Below are positions 10,091 through 18,814 of a stretch of DNA of 64,000 nucleotides, one piece after another. The notes under the pieces are model-generated. The model ran no database searches. It was not told the origin of the DNA and was given only the letters and a program-made list of their open reading frames with translations. This DNA comes from an uncultured delta proteobacterium (GTDB lineage Bacteria > Desulfobacterota > Binatia > Binatales > Binataceae). The first letter of the stretch is position 1. Every line of letters starts with the position of its first letter. The stretch covers positions 1,440,001-1,504,000 of the forward strand of contig CAWEEQ010000004.1 in NCBI GenBank assembly GCA_963808235.1, given 5' to 3'. A program made the translations under genes and the position numbers.

Positions 10091-10176
10091 TCCTGGGGCC
10101 TAAGAGGAATCGATTCTGTGAATAAAATTCCTTCACGGTACAGGAGCGTGATCGTTCGATTCGCTTGGAAATTCGA

Positions 10177-10192
10177 GGGCATGCTTCTTGCC
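10177..10192 (+). promoter_or_regulatory. Candidate sigma54 -24/-12 promoter
   Basis: GGGCATGCTTCTTGCC, GG-N10-GC with TTGC, ~130 nt upstream of the DUF4142 gene. Confidence 0.5.
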
Positions 10193-10318
10193 TCTTCAGA
10201 GTCAGGACCAAAATACGCCGAAGGCGTTTGGCGCCGTCCCCACCATCACCGATTCGCGCGGTTCCAGGCACCTCGAATCAGGCACTTCGAATAAAGACCT
10301 CCGGCCAGGAGCAGTTCA

Positions 10319-11008
10319 ATGAATACTTTGCGCAATTATTTTGGCACCAGAGAATTGCTCATCACGGGGGTCGTCCTTGTCCTCCTGTCTGGATGCGCAT
10401 CGCATCAGCAAGCGCCGCAGCCCGCGGCCATTGCCGCTCCGGCTCCTGAAACCGCAGCGCCAAGTGCGCAAGCGATTCGCGCCAAATCGTCAGCGACGCG
10501 CGCCCAGATATCGCCTGAAGCATCGACCAAGGCAAACACTGCGATGGTTCTGGCGCAGATACATCAGAACAACCTGATGGAAGTCGAGATGGCCAAGATC
10601 GCCCGGGAAAAAGGTTCGACTAGCGGGGTTCGCTCTTACGCCGATCAGCTGGTCCAGGATCATACCAGTCTCGATCAGATGGTAATTGCGATGGCGCAGA
10701 AGAGCGGAAGTGGAAGTCTCAAAGCGGTACGCCGCGCGGCTCACGAGAGCGCCGATGAAAAAGCCGTCGAGCAGAAAATGAAGTCCGCTAACGGCGCCAA
10801 ATTCGACAAGATTTTCTTGCAGCAGGCCAGTGCCGATCACGATCGACTGATCCGCAAGCTCCAGCAAGCGCGCGAGGACGCCAGCAACGACGAACTCGAG
10901 GCGTTGATCGACAAGATGGTTCCGATCCTCGAACAGCATAAAGAACTCGCTCAAATTCTTATGAATAAGGAGCAGGCCTCTGGCCAGGCCAATCCGATCC
11001 ATGGCTGA
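10319..11008 (+). CDS. DUF4142 domain lipoprotein
   Basis: Lipobox LSGC; EVEMAKIA, VRSYADQLVQDH, FDKIFL...DH and LEQHKELA motifs. Confidence 0.85.
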   Translation: MNTLRNYFGTRELLITGVVLVLLSGCASHQQAPQPAAIAAPAPETAAPSAQAIRAKSSATRAQISPEASTKANTAMVLAQIHQNNLMEVEMAKIAREKGSTSGVRSYADQLVQDHTSLDQMVIAMAQKSGSGSLKAVRRAAHESADEKAVEQKMKSANGAKFDKIFLQQASADHDRLIRKLQQAREDASNDELEALIDKMVPILEQHKELAQILMNKEQASGQANPIHG

Positions 11009-11591
11009 ACAACGAGTGACAATTATCCGAGAAACAATTAGCGAAGACAGTGCGCCCTTTTCGCGCACGTCGCCGGGCGCACGATTAGCCGCGGGGATCG
11101 TCGCGGGAACAATCGGCGGCCTCCTCATGATCGGGTTCATGATGGGCTATGCGCAGTCCATCGGTACAGATTTGATGATGCCGCTCAAAGCTCTCGGCGC
11201 GTTCGTGTACGGGGTCGAAGCGTTGGTGATAGGCCCCGACGCGATCCTGGCTGGCGCGCTCATTCAAATGGGATCCGCGATCGTCGTCGGAATTCTATTC
11301 GCGATGTTTATTTCCCGACGAACTTCGACAATCGCAGCGATGTGCGCGGGATTCATCTTTGCAATCGCTATCTGGGTGGCGATGGATTTGTATGTGCTGC
11401 CGTACCAGAACCCGACGATGTCGGCGCGGATCAGCATGATGCCGCTGGCGTATATCATCGCGCATCTCCTCTATGGTCTCGGTCTCGGGATGACTCCCGT
11501 CTTCATCCGAGCGTTCTCCAAAGAGCGTCGGCTCGATAGAGAGCGTCACGATCATCCGAACGCACACGCCGCACAAACCCAGTCGATCTGA
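11001..11591 (+). CDS. Integral membrane protein
   Basis: Four to five hydrophobic segments, AHLLYGLGLG motif; overlaps the upstream stop. Confidence 0.8.
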   Translation: MAEQRVTIIRETISEDSAPFSRTSPGARLAAGIVAGTIGGLLMIGFMMGYAQSIGTDLMMPLKALGAFVYGVEALVIGPDAILAGALIQMGSAIVVGILFAMFISRRTSTIAAMCAGFIFAIAIWVAMDLYVLPYQNPTMSARISMMPLAYIIAHLLYGLGLGMTPVFIRAFSKERRLDRERHDHPNAHAAQTQSI

Positions 11592-11610
11592 TTTAGAGGA
11601 CGCAAAATCG

Positions 11611-13278
11611 ATGAGCACCCGTACCACACGCGGGTTTTCTGAGATCCCAAAAGAGCCCGTGCCCTACCGCGTTTCGTCGGCGAGCGCCTATCGGAAACAT
11701 CCGATTCTGTTCTGGATCGGAGGCGTCTTCGCGGCTCTGATTGTCGCTTTGTTCATCGCGTCGTTCTTCCTCGATGACATGATACGGGCGCGAACCCAAA
11801 TCGCGATGAACCAGAAGCTCAAGGGCTACCATGTCGCGCTCGGACATGCGCACCTGCAGATGGTAGGCGGAATTCTCACCTTGAATGGCCTCAAGGTCAT
11901 TCAGCAGGCGCATCCGAATCCGGCCGTCGCCGACATTCCGATGATGCGCTTCCACATCCAGGTGAAAGAGCTTTTCTCACGGCGGGTAGTGGCCGACGTG
12001 CTCCTTTCGCATCCGAAGGTTCACATCGATCAGACCCAGTTGGTCGCGGAAAAGAAATCCAACGTCCCGCTCCGGCAAAAGGGATGGCAAGACGCGCTCG
12101 AAGCCGCCTACCCATTCAAGATCAACCGGTTCACTATCGATAGCGGCGATGTCGTCTATATCCAGGATGCGATCAATCCGCCCCTCCATCTGGCGCGGCT
12201 CAACTTCACGACCGATAACATCCGCAACATCCACGCGCCCAACAACGCCTACCCGTCCAAGTTCCACACTAACCTGGTGATCTTCGACACCGGCAAGGCA
12301 ACTATCGACGGCCACGCCAACTTCCTTGAAGAGCCTTTCCCCGGTGCTCGCGCGCAGTACACGATTGAGAACGTACCGCTGAGCGCGTTCGATCCCCAGA
12401 TTCGCCAGATCAATGTGGCCGTATCCGGCGGCAAGCTGTCCAGCAACGGCCTGCTCGAGTACTCGCCTAAGGTGACCCGAGTCGAGGTCGACAATGCGAC
12501 CGTAGATAAAGTTGCGCTCGGCTACCTTCATGCGCCTTCGACTCAGCAAGCCGAGGCGAAGCGCGTCGAGGCAACCGGCAAGCAGATCGAGAAGCAGAAC
12601 AACCGGCCGGCGGTCGATATCAGCGTGCGTGAGTTCGACGTCACCAACAGCAGTTTCTCGTATACCGACCAGACCAAACAGCCGGCCTATCGGCTATTTC
12701 TCGCCGACAGCGACCTCACCCTGAAGAATCTGTCCAACCATCAGCACCAGGGGCCAGCGGCTCTCACTCTTCGCGGCAAGTTCATGGGCTCCGGCGATAC
12801 CAGCCTGTCGGGTAATTGTCTTGCCAGCCAAAATGGACCCGCGGTCGACGTGAATCTCGCGGTCCAAAACACTGACATGCCCTCGATGAACGACATTCTG
12901 CGCGCCTACGGGCGATTCGACGTCGCGGCCGGCCAGTTCACCGTCTTCTCCGAGATCAAAATAAGAGACCGCGAGATCAGTGGCTATGTAAAGCCGATGT
13001 TCTCGAACCTCCAGGTTTACAACTACCAGAAAGACAAAGGCACCGGCGTCCTGCATCAGGCCAAGGAGTTAATGATCGGCGGCGCCTCCCATCTCTTCAA
13101 GAATCGCAGCACCCAGCAAGTCGCAACCAAGGTCGACCTGACCGGCAAACTCACCGGGCCCGATATCTCCAACTGGCAAGCGTTCGTCGAAGTGGTCCAC
13201 AACGCATTCATCCAGGCGATCCTCCCCGGCTTCGATCGCGCCGTCCGTCCCGACAACAACGTAGACGCCAGCAAATAA
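11611..13278 (+). CDS. DUF748 / AsmA-like protein
   Basis: N-terminal TM anchor, beta-rich body, SGYVKPMF and NAFIQAILPGF motifs. Confidence 0.82.
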   Translation: MSTRTTRGFSEIPKEPVPYRVSSASAYRKHPILFWIGGVFAALIVALFIASFFLDDMIRARTQIAMNQKLKGYHVALGHAHLQMVGGILTLNGLKVIQQAHPNPAVADIPMMRFHIQVKELFSRRVVADVLLSHPKVHIDQTQLVAEKKSNVPLRQKGWQDALEAAYPFKINRFTIDSGDVVYIQDAINPPLHLARLNFTTDNIRNIHAPNNAYPSKFHTNLVIFDTGKATIDGHANFLEEPFPGARAQYTIENVPLSAFDPQIRQINVAVSGGKLSSNGLLEYSPKVTRVEVDNATVDKVALGYLHAPSTQQAEAKRVEATGKQIEKQNNRPAVDISVREFDVTNSSFSYTDQTKQPAYRLFLADSDLTLKNLSNHQHQGPAALTLRGKFMGSGDTSLSGNCLASQNGPAVDVNLAVQNTDMPSMNDILRAYGRFDVAAGQFTVFSEIKIRDREISGYVKPMFSNLQVYNYQKDKGTGVLHQAKELMIGGASHLFKNRSTQQVATKVDLTGKLTGPDISNWQAFVEVVHNAFIQAILPGFDRAVRPDNNVDASK

Positions 13279-13309
13279 CCGCATCGCTCACTGGCTGCCC
13301 CAAACCCTC

Positions 13310-13413
13310 CTAACAGGGCGAAGCCCGCATCCTGATTTTTCCTCACTCAGGTGCAGGGGCATGGCCCCTGCCGGCGGAAGTGTGAAACCGCCGCCGGTTT
13401 CACACTTAAATTA
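13310..13413 (-). repeat. Structured ~100-nt dispersed repeat, copy A
   Basis: Homologous to 21360-21458; 36 nt (13337-13372) identical to 21586-21621 in reverse complement. Confidence 0.85.
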
Positions 13414-13433
13414 GTGAATTATTTGCCCGGATC

Positions 13434-14363
13434 TTACGAAGCAGCCGCGTTCGCGGTCGCGAGCAGATTGTCGCGCAGGAATGCGCGCATTTCCGGCTCA
13501 GCTTTCTTGCCCAGGTCATGCGACAGTTGCGGGAAGTACAGCGTCGATACTTTCGCGCCGCGTGCACGCAGCGCGTCGGCCAGCTTCACCGCCTGCCGCA
13601 CCGGCATATTGTTGTCGCGCTCACCGTGCATGATCAGCACGCTGATCTCCAGCTTGGGCGGCAGATGCGCCATCACGCTGCGTTCTTTCAGCACCCGCTT
13701 GCTCGGCCATACTTCGCGCAGGATCGAAAGCTTGGTGCGCAGCGGCGCTTCGGGCCACAGCGACACCATGTCGTAGCATCCCGATTGCAGGATCAGCGCG
13801 CGCGGACGCGTGTCGTAGTCCATCAGCAGACCGGCGGCGACGGCGCCATGCCCGAGTCCCCATACCGCGAGCCGCGTCGAATCGACGTCATTGCGCGCGG
13901 CCAGCAAGTCGAGGGCCCGGCGCGACGCAAGCACCGATGGTTCCCCGACGAATCGGCTGGGGCCTGACGACCCGCCGTAGCCGGGTAGATTCACGCACGC
14001 GACCTGGATTCCCATCGCGGCGACGCTCTGGCTCATCTGGAGACATTTCTCGACGCTGTCCTGCTCTCCATTGAGGACCAGCAATCCCGGCCGCCTACCC
14101 TGCTCCTCGGTATGAGTCAGGTATCCGACGATATGAAACTGATGAGGTCCGTCGGTGACGTCGAAATTGAACTGGGCGACGTTCTTGTAGTTCGCGGCGG
14201 GCGACTTTCCTGGAATCCGGCACGCGCAGATTGCGATAGAAGTCGCTAGCGCCATCAGTGCGAAGCTCGCCCTTGCTACTGAACCAATAATGTCGCGGCG
14301 GAGAACAACGTGAAGCTCGTCCCTTGCAGTAGTAGAAAAAGGGAGCGGACCATCCGATGCCAT
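13434..14363 (-). CDS. Alpha/beta hydrolase (S9 peptidase-like), probably a lipoprotein
   Basis: PGYGGS, VDSTRLAVWGLGHGA and LIMHGERD motifs; start uncertain, since the long ORF extension overlaps hisI. Confidence 0.8.
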   Translation of the reverse strand: MASDGPLPFSTTARDELHVVLRRDIIGSVARASFALMALATSIAICACRIPGKSPAANYKNVAQFNFDVTDGPHQFHIVGYLTHTEEQGRRPGLLVLNGEQDSVEKCLQMSQSVAAMGIQVACVNLPGYGGSSGPSRFVGEPSVLASRRALDLLAARNDVDSTRLAVWGLGHGAVAAGLLMDYDTRPRALILQSGCYDMVSLWPEAPLRTKLSILREVWPSKRVLKERSVMAHLPPKLEISVLIMHGERDNNMPVRQAVKLADALRARGAKVSTLYFPQLSHDLGKKAEPEMRAFLRDNLLATANAAAS

Positions 14364-14606
14364 AGCATCGGGTAATCTACTCGTATGGTTACAAATAGGG
14401 AACAGGCTGATTACCTTGTCTGGAAGCGCGTTTGGGCGTAGCGCCCGTTCAGCAGCTTCGGCCACAGGATCCGCGGCGACATCGGAGCCGCTCCGGCCAC
14501 TGGGTCCAGGGGTCACCCCTGGCGCGTTGAATCGCGCCCCGCTTTCTCGGATACTTCCTGATTCGACAATCGACTTCATGGACGGCGAGTACGTCTTGCA
14601 ACGGCA

Positions 14607-15029
14607 ATGGAAACCCGGAACCCATCGGCGGTAATAGACTTCGACAAAAATGGCGGCGTGGTCGCGGCGATCGCCGTCGATCACTTGAGCAATCGCGTCC
14701 TCACCGTCGCCTACATGAACCGCGAGGCATTCGAAGAGACCGTCGCGACCGGACGCGCGTGCTACTTCTCGCGCTCGCGCAAGAAACTCTGGCGCAAGGG
14801 CGAGGAGTCGGGAAACTTTCAAATCGTCCGCGAAATACGCGTCGATTGCGACGCCGACGCGCTTGTGATCGCAGTCGAGCAGCGCGGCGACGGCGCCGCT
14901 TGTCACGAGGGCTACGAGTCATGCTTCTTCCGGGTCCTCGACAACGGCGAATGGAAAATCGTCGAGCAACGCAAAGTCGATCCGGCCAAGTACGGCCCCG
15001 GCTACGGACATCAAGCCAAAAAGGCATGA
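14607..15029 (+). CDS. hisI: Phosphoribosyl-AMP cyclohydrolase
   Basis: [20 protein letters not shown] and [10 protein letters not shown] motifs. Confidence 0.96.
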   Translation: METRNPSAVIDFDKNGGVVAAIAVDHLSNRVLTVAYMNREAFEETVATGRACYFSRSRKKLWRKGEESGNFQIVREIRVDCDADALVIAVEQRGDGAACHEGYESCFFRVLDNGEWKIVEQRKVDPAKYGPGYGHQAKKA

Positions 15030-15042
15030 GAACGTCAATCAG

Positions 15043-15945
15043 ATGCCGGCTGATAAAGTTCTGAAATTCGGAATCCCCAAGGGCAGCTTGGAGAATCAGA
15101 CGCTCGAGCTGATGCGCAAATCGGGATGGCGCATCTCGGTCGGCTCGCGCTCCTACATCCCGAGCGTCGACGATCCCGAACTGAGTTGCCGTATCCTGCG
15201 CCCGCAGGAGATGCCCCGGTACATCGCCGACGGCTCGCTCGACGCCGGCATCACCGGCAGCGACTGGATCGTGGAGAACAACGTCCGGCTGCATCAGGTC
15301 GAAAGCTTCGTCTACGCCAAGGCCACGCTGACTCCCTCGCGATGGGTGCTCTGCGTGCGCGACGACTCGCCGGTCAAGCGACTCGAGGATCTCGAGGGCA
15401 AGCGAATCGCGACCGAGATCGTTCAGTTCGTCAAACGAATCCTGGCCGAACGTAAAGTCAAAGCTGAAGTTGAATTCTCATGGGGCGCGACTGAGGCCAA
15501 GGTCGCCGAAGGAATTATCGAGGCCGCCGTCAACGTCACCGAAACCGGCTCGTCGCTGCGCGCCAACGGTCTTCGCATCGTCGAGGAGCTGTTGATCTCA
15601 AATCCGGTCCTGGTCGCGAACCCGCAGGCATGGGCCGATCCATGGAAGCAGGCCAAGACGCGCCAGCTGGGCGTGCTGATCCGCGGCGCGCTCGACGCCG
15701 AGAACCGGGTCGGGATCAAAATGAACGTAGCCAAAGAAAACATCGAGAAGGTAATCGCGCTGCTGCCCTCGATCACCGCGCCGACGATCTCGCATCTGTA
15801 CCCGTCGCCCGCGCTCAAGGGAATAGAATGGCTGGCGGTCGAGACCGTCATCGCGGAGCACACCGTCCGTGAGTTGTTCCCAAAATTGCTGGCAGCCGGC
15901 GCAGTCGGAATCGTCGAGTACCCGCTAAACAAAATAATCGGCTGA
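15043..15945 (+). CDS. hisG: ATP phosphoribosyltransferase, long form
   Basis: GIPKGSL, DAGITGSDW, GATE and ETGSSLRANGL motifs plus C-terminal regulatory domain. Confidence 0.95.
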   Translation: MPADKVLKFGIPKGSLENQTLELMRKSGWRISVGSRSYIPSVDDPELSCRILRPQEMPRYIADGSLDAGITGSDWIVENNVRLHQVESFVYAKATLTPSRWVLCVRDDSPVKRLEDLEGKRIATEIVQFVKRILAERKVKAEVEFSWGATEAKVAEGIIEAAVNVTETGSSLRANGLRIVEELLISNPVLVANPQAWADPWKQAKTRQLGVLIRGALDAENRVGIKMNVAKENIEKVIALLPSITAPTISHLYPSPALKGIEWLAVETVIAEHTVRELFPKLLAAGAVGIVEYPLNKIIG

Positions 15946-16013
15946 CCCCGATCTGATTCCTTTCTTCTGCCCGTTGTGGCACAAGTGAAATACCACTCGC
16001 GGAGGTCGCCATC

Positions 16014-16709
16014 ATGGGTCTACCCAACGGAGTTCACCACCTCGCCATCTGCACCAAGGACATCAAGAAGCAGATCGAATACTTCACCGACGTTGTCGGG
16101 ATGGAGCTGGTCGCGCTCTATTGGATGCACGGCGTCGACAACACCTTCCACGGCTTCCTCAAGATGAGCGACAGCTCGTCGATCGCCTTCGTGCAGCATC
16201 CCGAGGTCGCGACGATTCAACCGATCAAAGGCGTCTCGCACGCCGGGCATACCACGCAGAACGTCGCGCCCGGTGCGATGCAACATCTGGCGCTCAACGT
16301 CGATACCTACGAAGACCTGATGGCGATTCGCGACCGCGTCCGCGCGCGTGGTCACTGGATCATGGGTCCGCTCGATCACGGTTTCTGCAAGTCGATTTAC
16401 CTGGCCGCGCCGGAGGGAATCATGCTCGAGTTCTCGACCTCGGAGGGCGGCTCGATCGATGCCGAAGCGTGGATCGATCCCGAGGTGATGGCGCTGGCGG
16501 GAATCAGTCCTGATGAGGTCGAGAAGTACAAGCATCCGGCGGCGTTCGAATCGAAAGGCGGCAAAGTCGCGCAGCCCAAACCCGATCCGTCGAAGCCGCT
16601 GATGGATTATCCCGCCGACGATCGCATCTGGACGATGAGCGACGAGGAAGTGCACCGCCGCATGAGCAATACAACGCCGCCAGTCCAGAAAAAGCCCAAA
16701 GCCGCCTGA
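16014..16709 (+). CDS. VOC/glyoxalase family protein
   Basis: GVHHLAI, MQHLALNV and DHGFCKSIY...GIMLEF motifs; GGAGG SD. Confidence 0.9.
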   Translation: MGLPNGVHHLAICTKDIKKQIEYFTDVVGMELVALYWMHGVDNTFHGFLKMSDSSSIAFVQHPEVATIQPIKGVSHAGHTTQNVAPGAMQHLALNVDTYEDLMAIRDRVRARGHWIMGPLDHGFCKSIYLAAPEGIMLEFSTSEGGSIDAEAWIDPEVMALAGISPDEVEKYKHPAAFESKGGKVAQPKPDPSKPLMDYPADDRIWTMSDEEVHRRMSNTTPPVQKKPKAA

Positions 16710-16962
16710 CATTTTTTCCGGATCGGGCTGTTTTTCGTGCCTTGCCGAGTCTTGCCGGCGAGTCTCGGCGGTCGAGTTTTGACAACCAAGTTTTGCAGTG
16801 AGGAAATTGTTGCTGTTCAACACGAACCCTATTGTAGCGGGTTAGTTGGACAACCGTTGTCCTGAGCTCGGTGCGTCAAGCAGCGCAGCGGCGGATTGGA
16901 CGTTCGCGGTCTGATTTAGTAATTATCCGTGCGCTGATTCCGAGGGCCGCTGATTCCGGGGG

Positions 16963-17238
16963 ATGAAAGCGCTGCGGAAGATCGCACCTGCGCTTTTATG
17001 CGCCGCGCGCACGCGCGGTGGCGGAACGCTGCACCCTACTCTGGTTGCTCTCCTGATTGCGCTTGCGACCTTATCGATCGGCGGCGTCGCGCGCGCCGAC
17101 AAGTGCAAAGATCTGAAGTTCGACCACGATCCATGGGGCGGGCGCGGCGGGCGATACTGCGCTGCTGGAGACGATCGCGTGCCCTCAGCGGAGTCGAAGT
17201 GTTTTGCGCCGAGAAAGATCCGGGGTTCCTCGGCTTAG
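16963..17238 (+). pseudogene. Possible 5' fragment of a secreted-protein gene running into the composite repeat
   Basis: Signal-peptide-like segment ending GVARA, short mature part, then the frame reads into the repeat at 17176. Confidence 0.4.
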
Positions 17239-17528
17239 CTCGGAATGACACAAAAAGGCACGTGCGAGGATGGCGATTGGTCCGTTCACGTTCACGCCGT
17301 AGCGCGTTTTCATCTTCGGACGTTGGGCACGGATTTCAGTTTGCCCAGTGGAGGAAATCCTCGCGGCGAGCAGCGAGAACGGGCGGGCGCCCTCACCCGT
17401 CGCGCGGAGCGCGACAACCTCTCCCGAAGGGAGAGGCGTAAGGGGTGTGTGCACGACATCGAACTGAACCAGCGCGGGACATTGAAGGCTTCGCGACTCA
17501 GACCTCGGTTTGTTGCGGACATTGCGAT
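17176..17528 (+). repeat. ~350-bp composite REP-like direct repeat, copy 1
   Basis: Near-identical to 18378-18728; contains GTCATTCCGAGC..GAGGAACC-type (minus) and CCCTCACCC..CCTCTCCCGAAGGGAGAGG palindromic units. Confidence 0.92.
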
Positions 17529-17603
17529 ATGGAAGAACTTCCTTGCCAACATAGCTGCGCTCTGCGCGGGAGGTAGCGAACTATTATCCCTTTCAGTTCA
17601 GCA

Positions 17604-17879
17604 ATGATCCTCTTCTTCGTCCTAATAGCGTACGTTTTGCCGGCGAGCGTGCTGGGAGTAGTTGCGAGCGGGCTTACCAGTGTGGTGCTACGGCAACATT
17701 GGGGCATCAGAGCAGCTGCCCTGGATATCGTATTTGCATCGGTGCTTATGGTTCTTTCGATGTTCGTGCTTGGGGTCATATATGCCAGCCGAACTACTGT
17801 CTCATTCTCTGAATTGCGCGGGGTGGGCTTGACTATCTCAACGGCTAGCGTTGTTGTGAGGCATCTCATCTTCCTCTGA
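17604..17879 (+). CDS. Small membrane protein, lower GC than flanks
   Basis: 91 aa with about three hydrophobic helices; lies between the repeat copies. Confidence 0.6.
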   Translation: MILFFVLIAYVLPASVLGVVASGLTSVVLRQHWGIRAAALDIVFASVLMVLSMFVLGVIYASRTTVSFSELRGVGLTISTASVVVRHLIFL

Positions 17880-17928
17880 CAACGAAACTTGACTCCGCGA
17901 GGGCCTGCGCAAGGATGAGGGGCTGTTC

Positions 17929-18195
17929 ATGAAAACTCCGCCTGTTGGATTTTATGATTCAGTTAAATGCGAGCCGGAACCGGGACGGCGCTTGATTCGG
18001 GAGACTTCGCGTAAGCGGATTTGGCGGCTTGCGACACTCTCGGCCGCGGTTCTGCTGGCAGTTGTGACTTTTGCCTGTTCGAGAAGTCTTATGAACAGCG
18101 AACCTTCCAATGAGTCACGATTTAAAGCGCACATGGTTGGCGCCCCCATGGGAGGTCCGTCTCCTCCACCGCCACCTCCAACGCCGTCACCGTGA
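17929..18195 (+). CDS. Small putative lipoprotein with Pro-rich tail
   Basis: Hydrophobic stretch with TFAC lipobox-like motif, PPPPPP C-terminus; start uncertain. Confidence 0.45.
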   Translation: MKTPPVGFYDSVKCEPEPGRRLIRETSRKRIWRLATLSAAVLLAVVTFACSRSLMNSEPSNESRFKAHMVGAPMGGPSPPPPPPTPSP

Positions 18196-18249
18196 CACAT
18201 GGTGTGAGTACCTAAGCTGCTTGTTGACGATAGGTTGATCCATGCCAAT

Positions 18250-18340
18250 TGGAGGAAATCCTTGCGGCGATCAGCGAGAACGGGCGGGCGCCCTCACCCG
18301 TCGCGCTGGTGCGCGACGACCTCTCCCGAAGGGAGAGGTG
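18250..18340 (+). repeat. Partial third copy of the composite repeat (CCCTCACCC/GGGAGAGG unit)
   Basis: TGGAGGAAATCC...GAGAACGGGCGGGCGCCCTCACCCG...CCTCTCCCGAAGGGAGAGG matches 17349-17436. Confidence 0.88.
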
Positions 18341-18377
18341 TGCGCAACTGCATATTGAATTCGGAGCAGCCCAGCTC

Positions 18378-18728
18378 CGCGTGCCCTCAGCGGAGTCGAA
18401 GTGTTTTGCGCCGAGAAAGATCCGGGGTTCCTCGGCTTCGCTCGGAATGACACAAAAAAGCACGTGCGAGGATGGCGATTGGTCCGTTCACGTTCACGAC
18501 GTAGCGCGTTCTCGTCTTCGGACGTTGGGCACGGATTTCAGTTTGCCCAGTGGAGGAAATCCTCGCGGCGAGCAGCGAGAACGGGCGGGCGCCCTCACCC
18601 GCCGCGCTTGGCGCGCGACGACCTCTCCCGAAGGGAGAGGCGCAGGAGCGTATGCGCAACATCGAAACTGAACGCGCGACATTGAAGGTTTCGCGACTCA
18701 GACCTCTGTTTGTTGCGGACATCGCAAT
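18378..18728 (+). repeat. ~350-bp composite REP-like direct repeat, copy 2
   Basis: Aligns with 17176-17528. Confidence 0.92.
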
Positions 18729-18814
18729 GAGATAAATGAAATGGGCGACTGCATGAAAGGTTAGCGGGGGGGAATACGCGGCGCCTTCGATCCTACATAG
18801 TACTCTTCATCGCT

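Noticed and set aside
14364-14906. Long N-terminal extension of the alpha/beta hydrolase
   Set aside because: Antisense to hisI; the signal-like segment lies much further downstream
16932-16958. Short direct repeat CGCTGATTCCG x2
   Set aside because: Only two 11-nt copies before a doubtful ORF; may be chance
17176-18728. CRISPR array or integron attC array
   Set aside because: Repeats are ~350 bp and few, with no regular spacers, no cas or intI gene, and no clear RYYYAAC/GTTRRRY cores
17036-18735. Paired short ORFs such as MSFRAKPRNPGS and MTQKGTCEDG
   Set aside because: They are translations of the non-coding repeats, which explains the duplicate peptides
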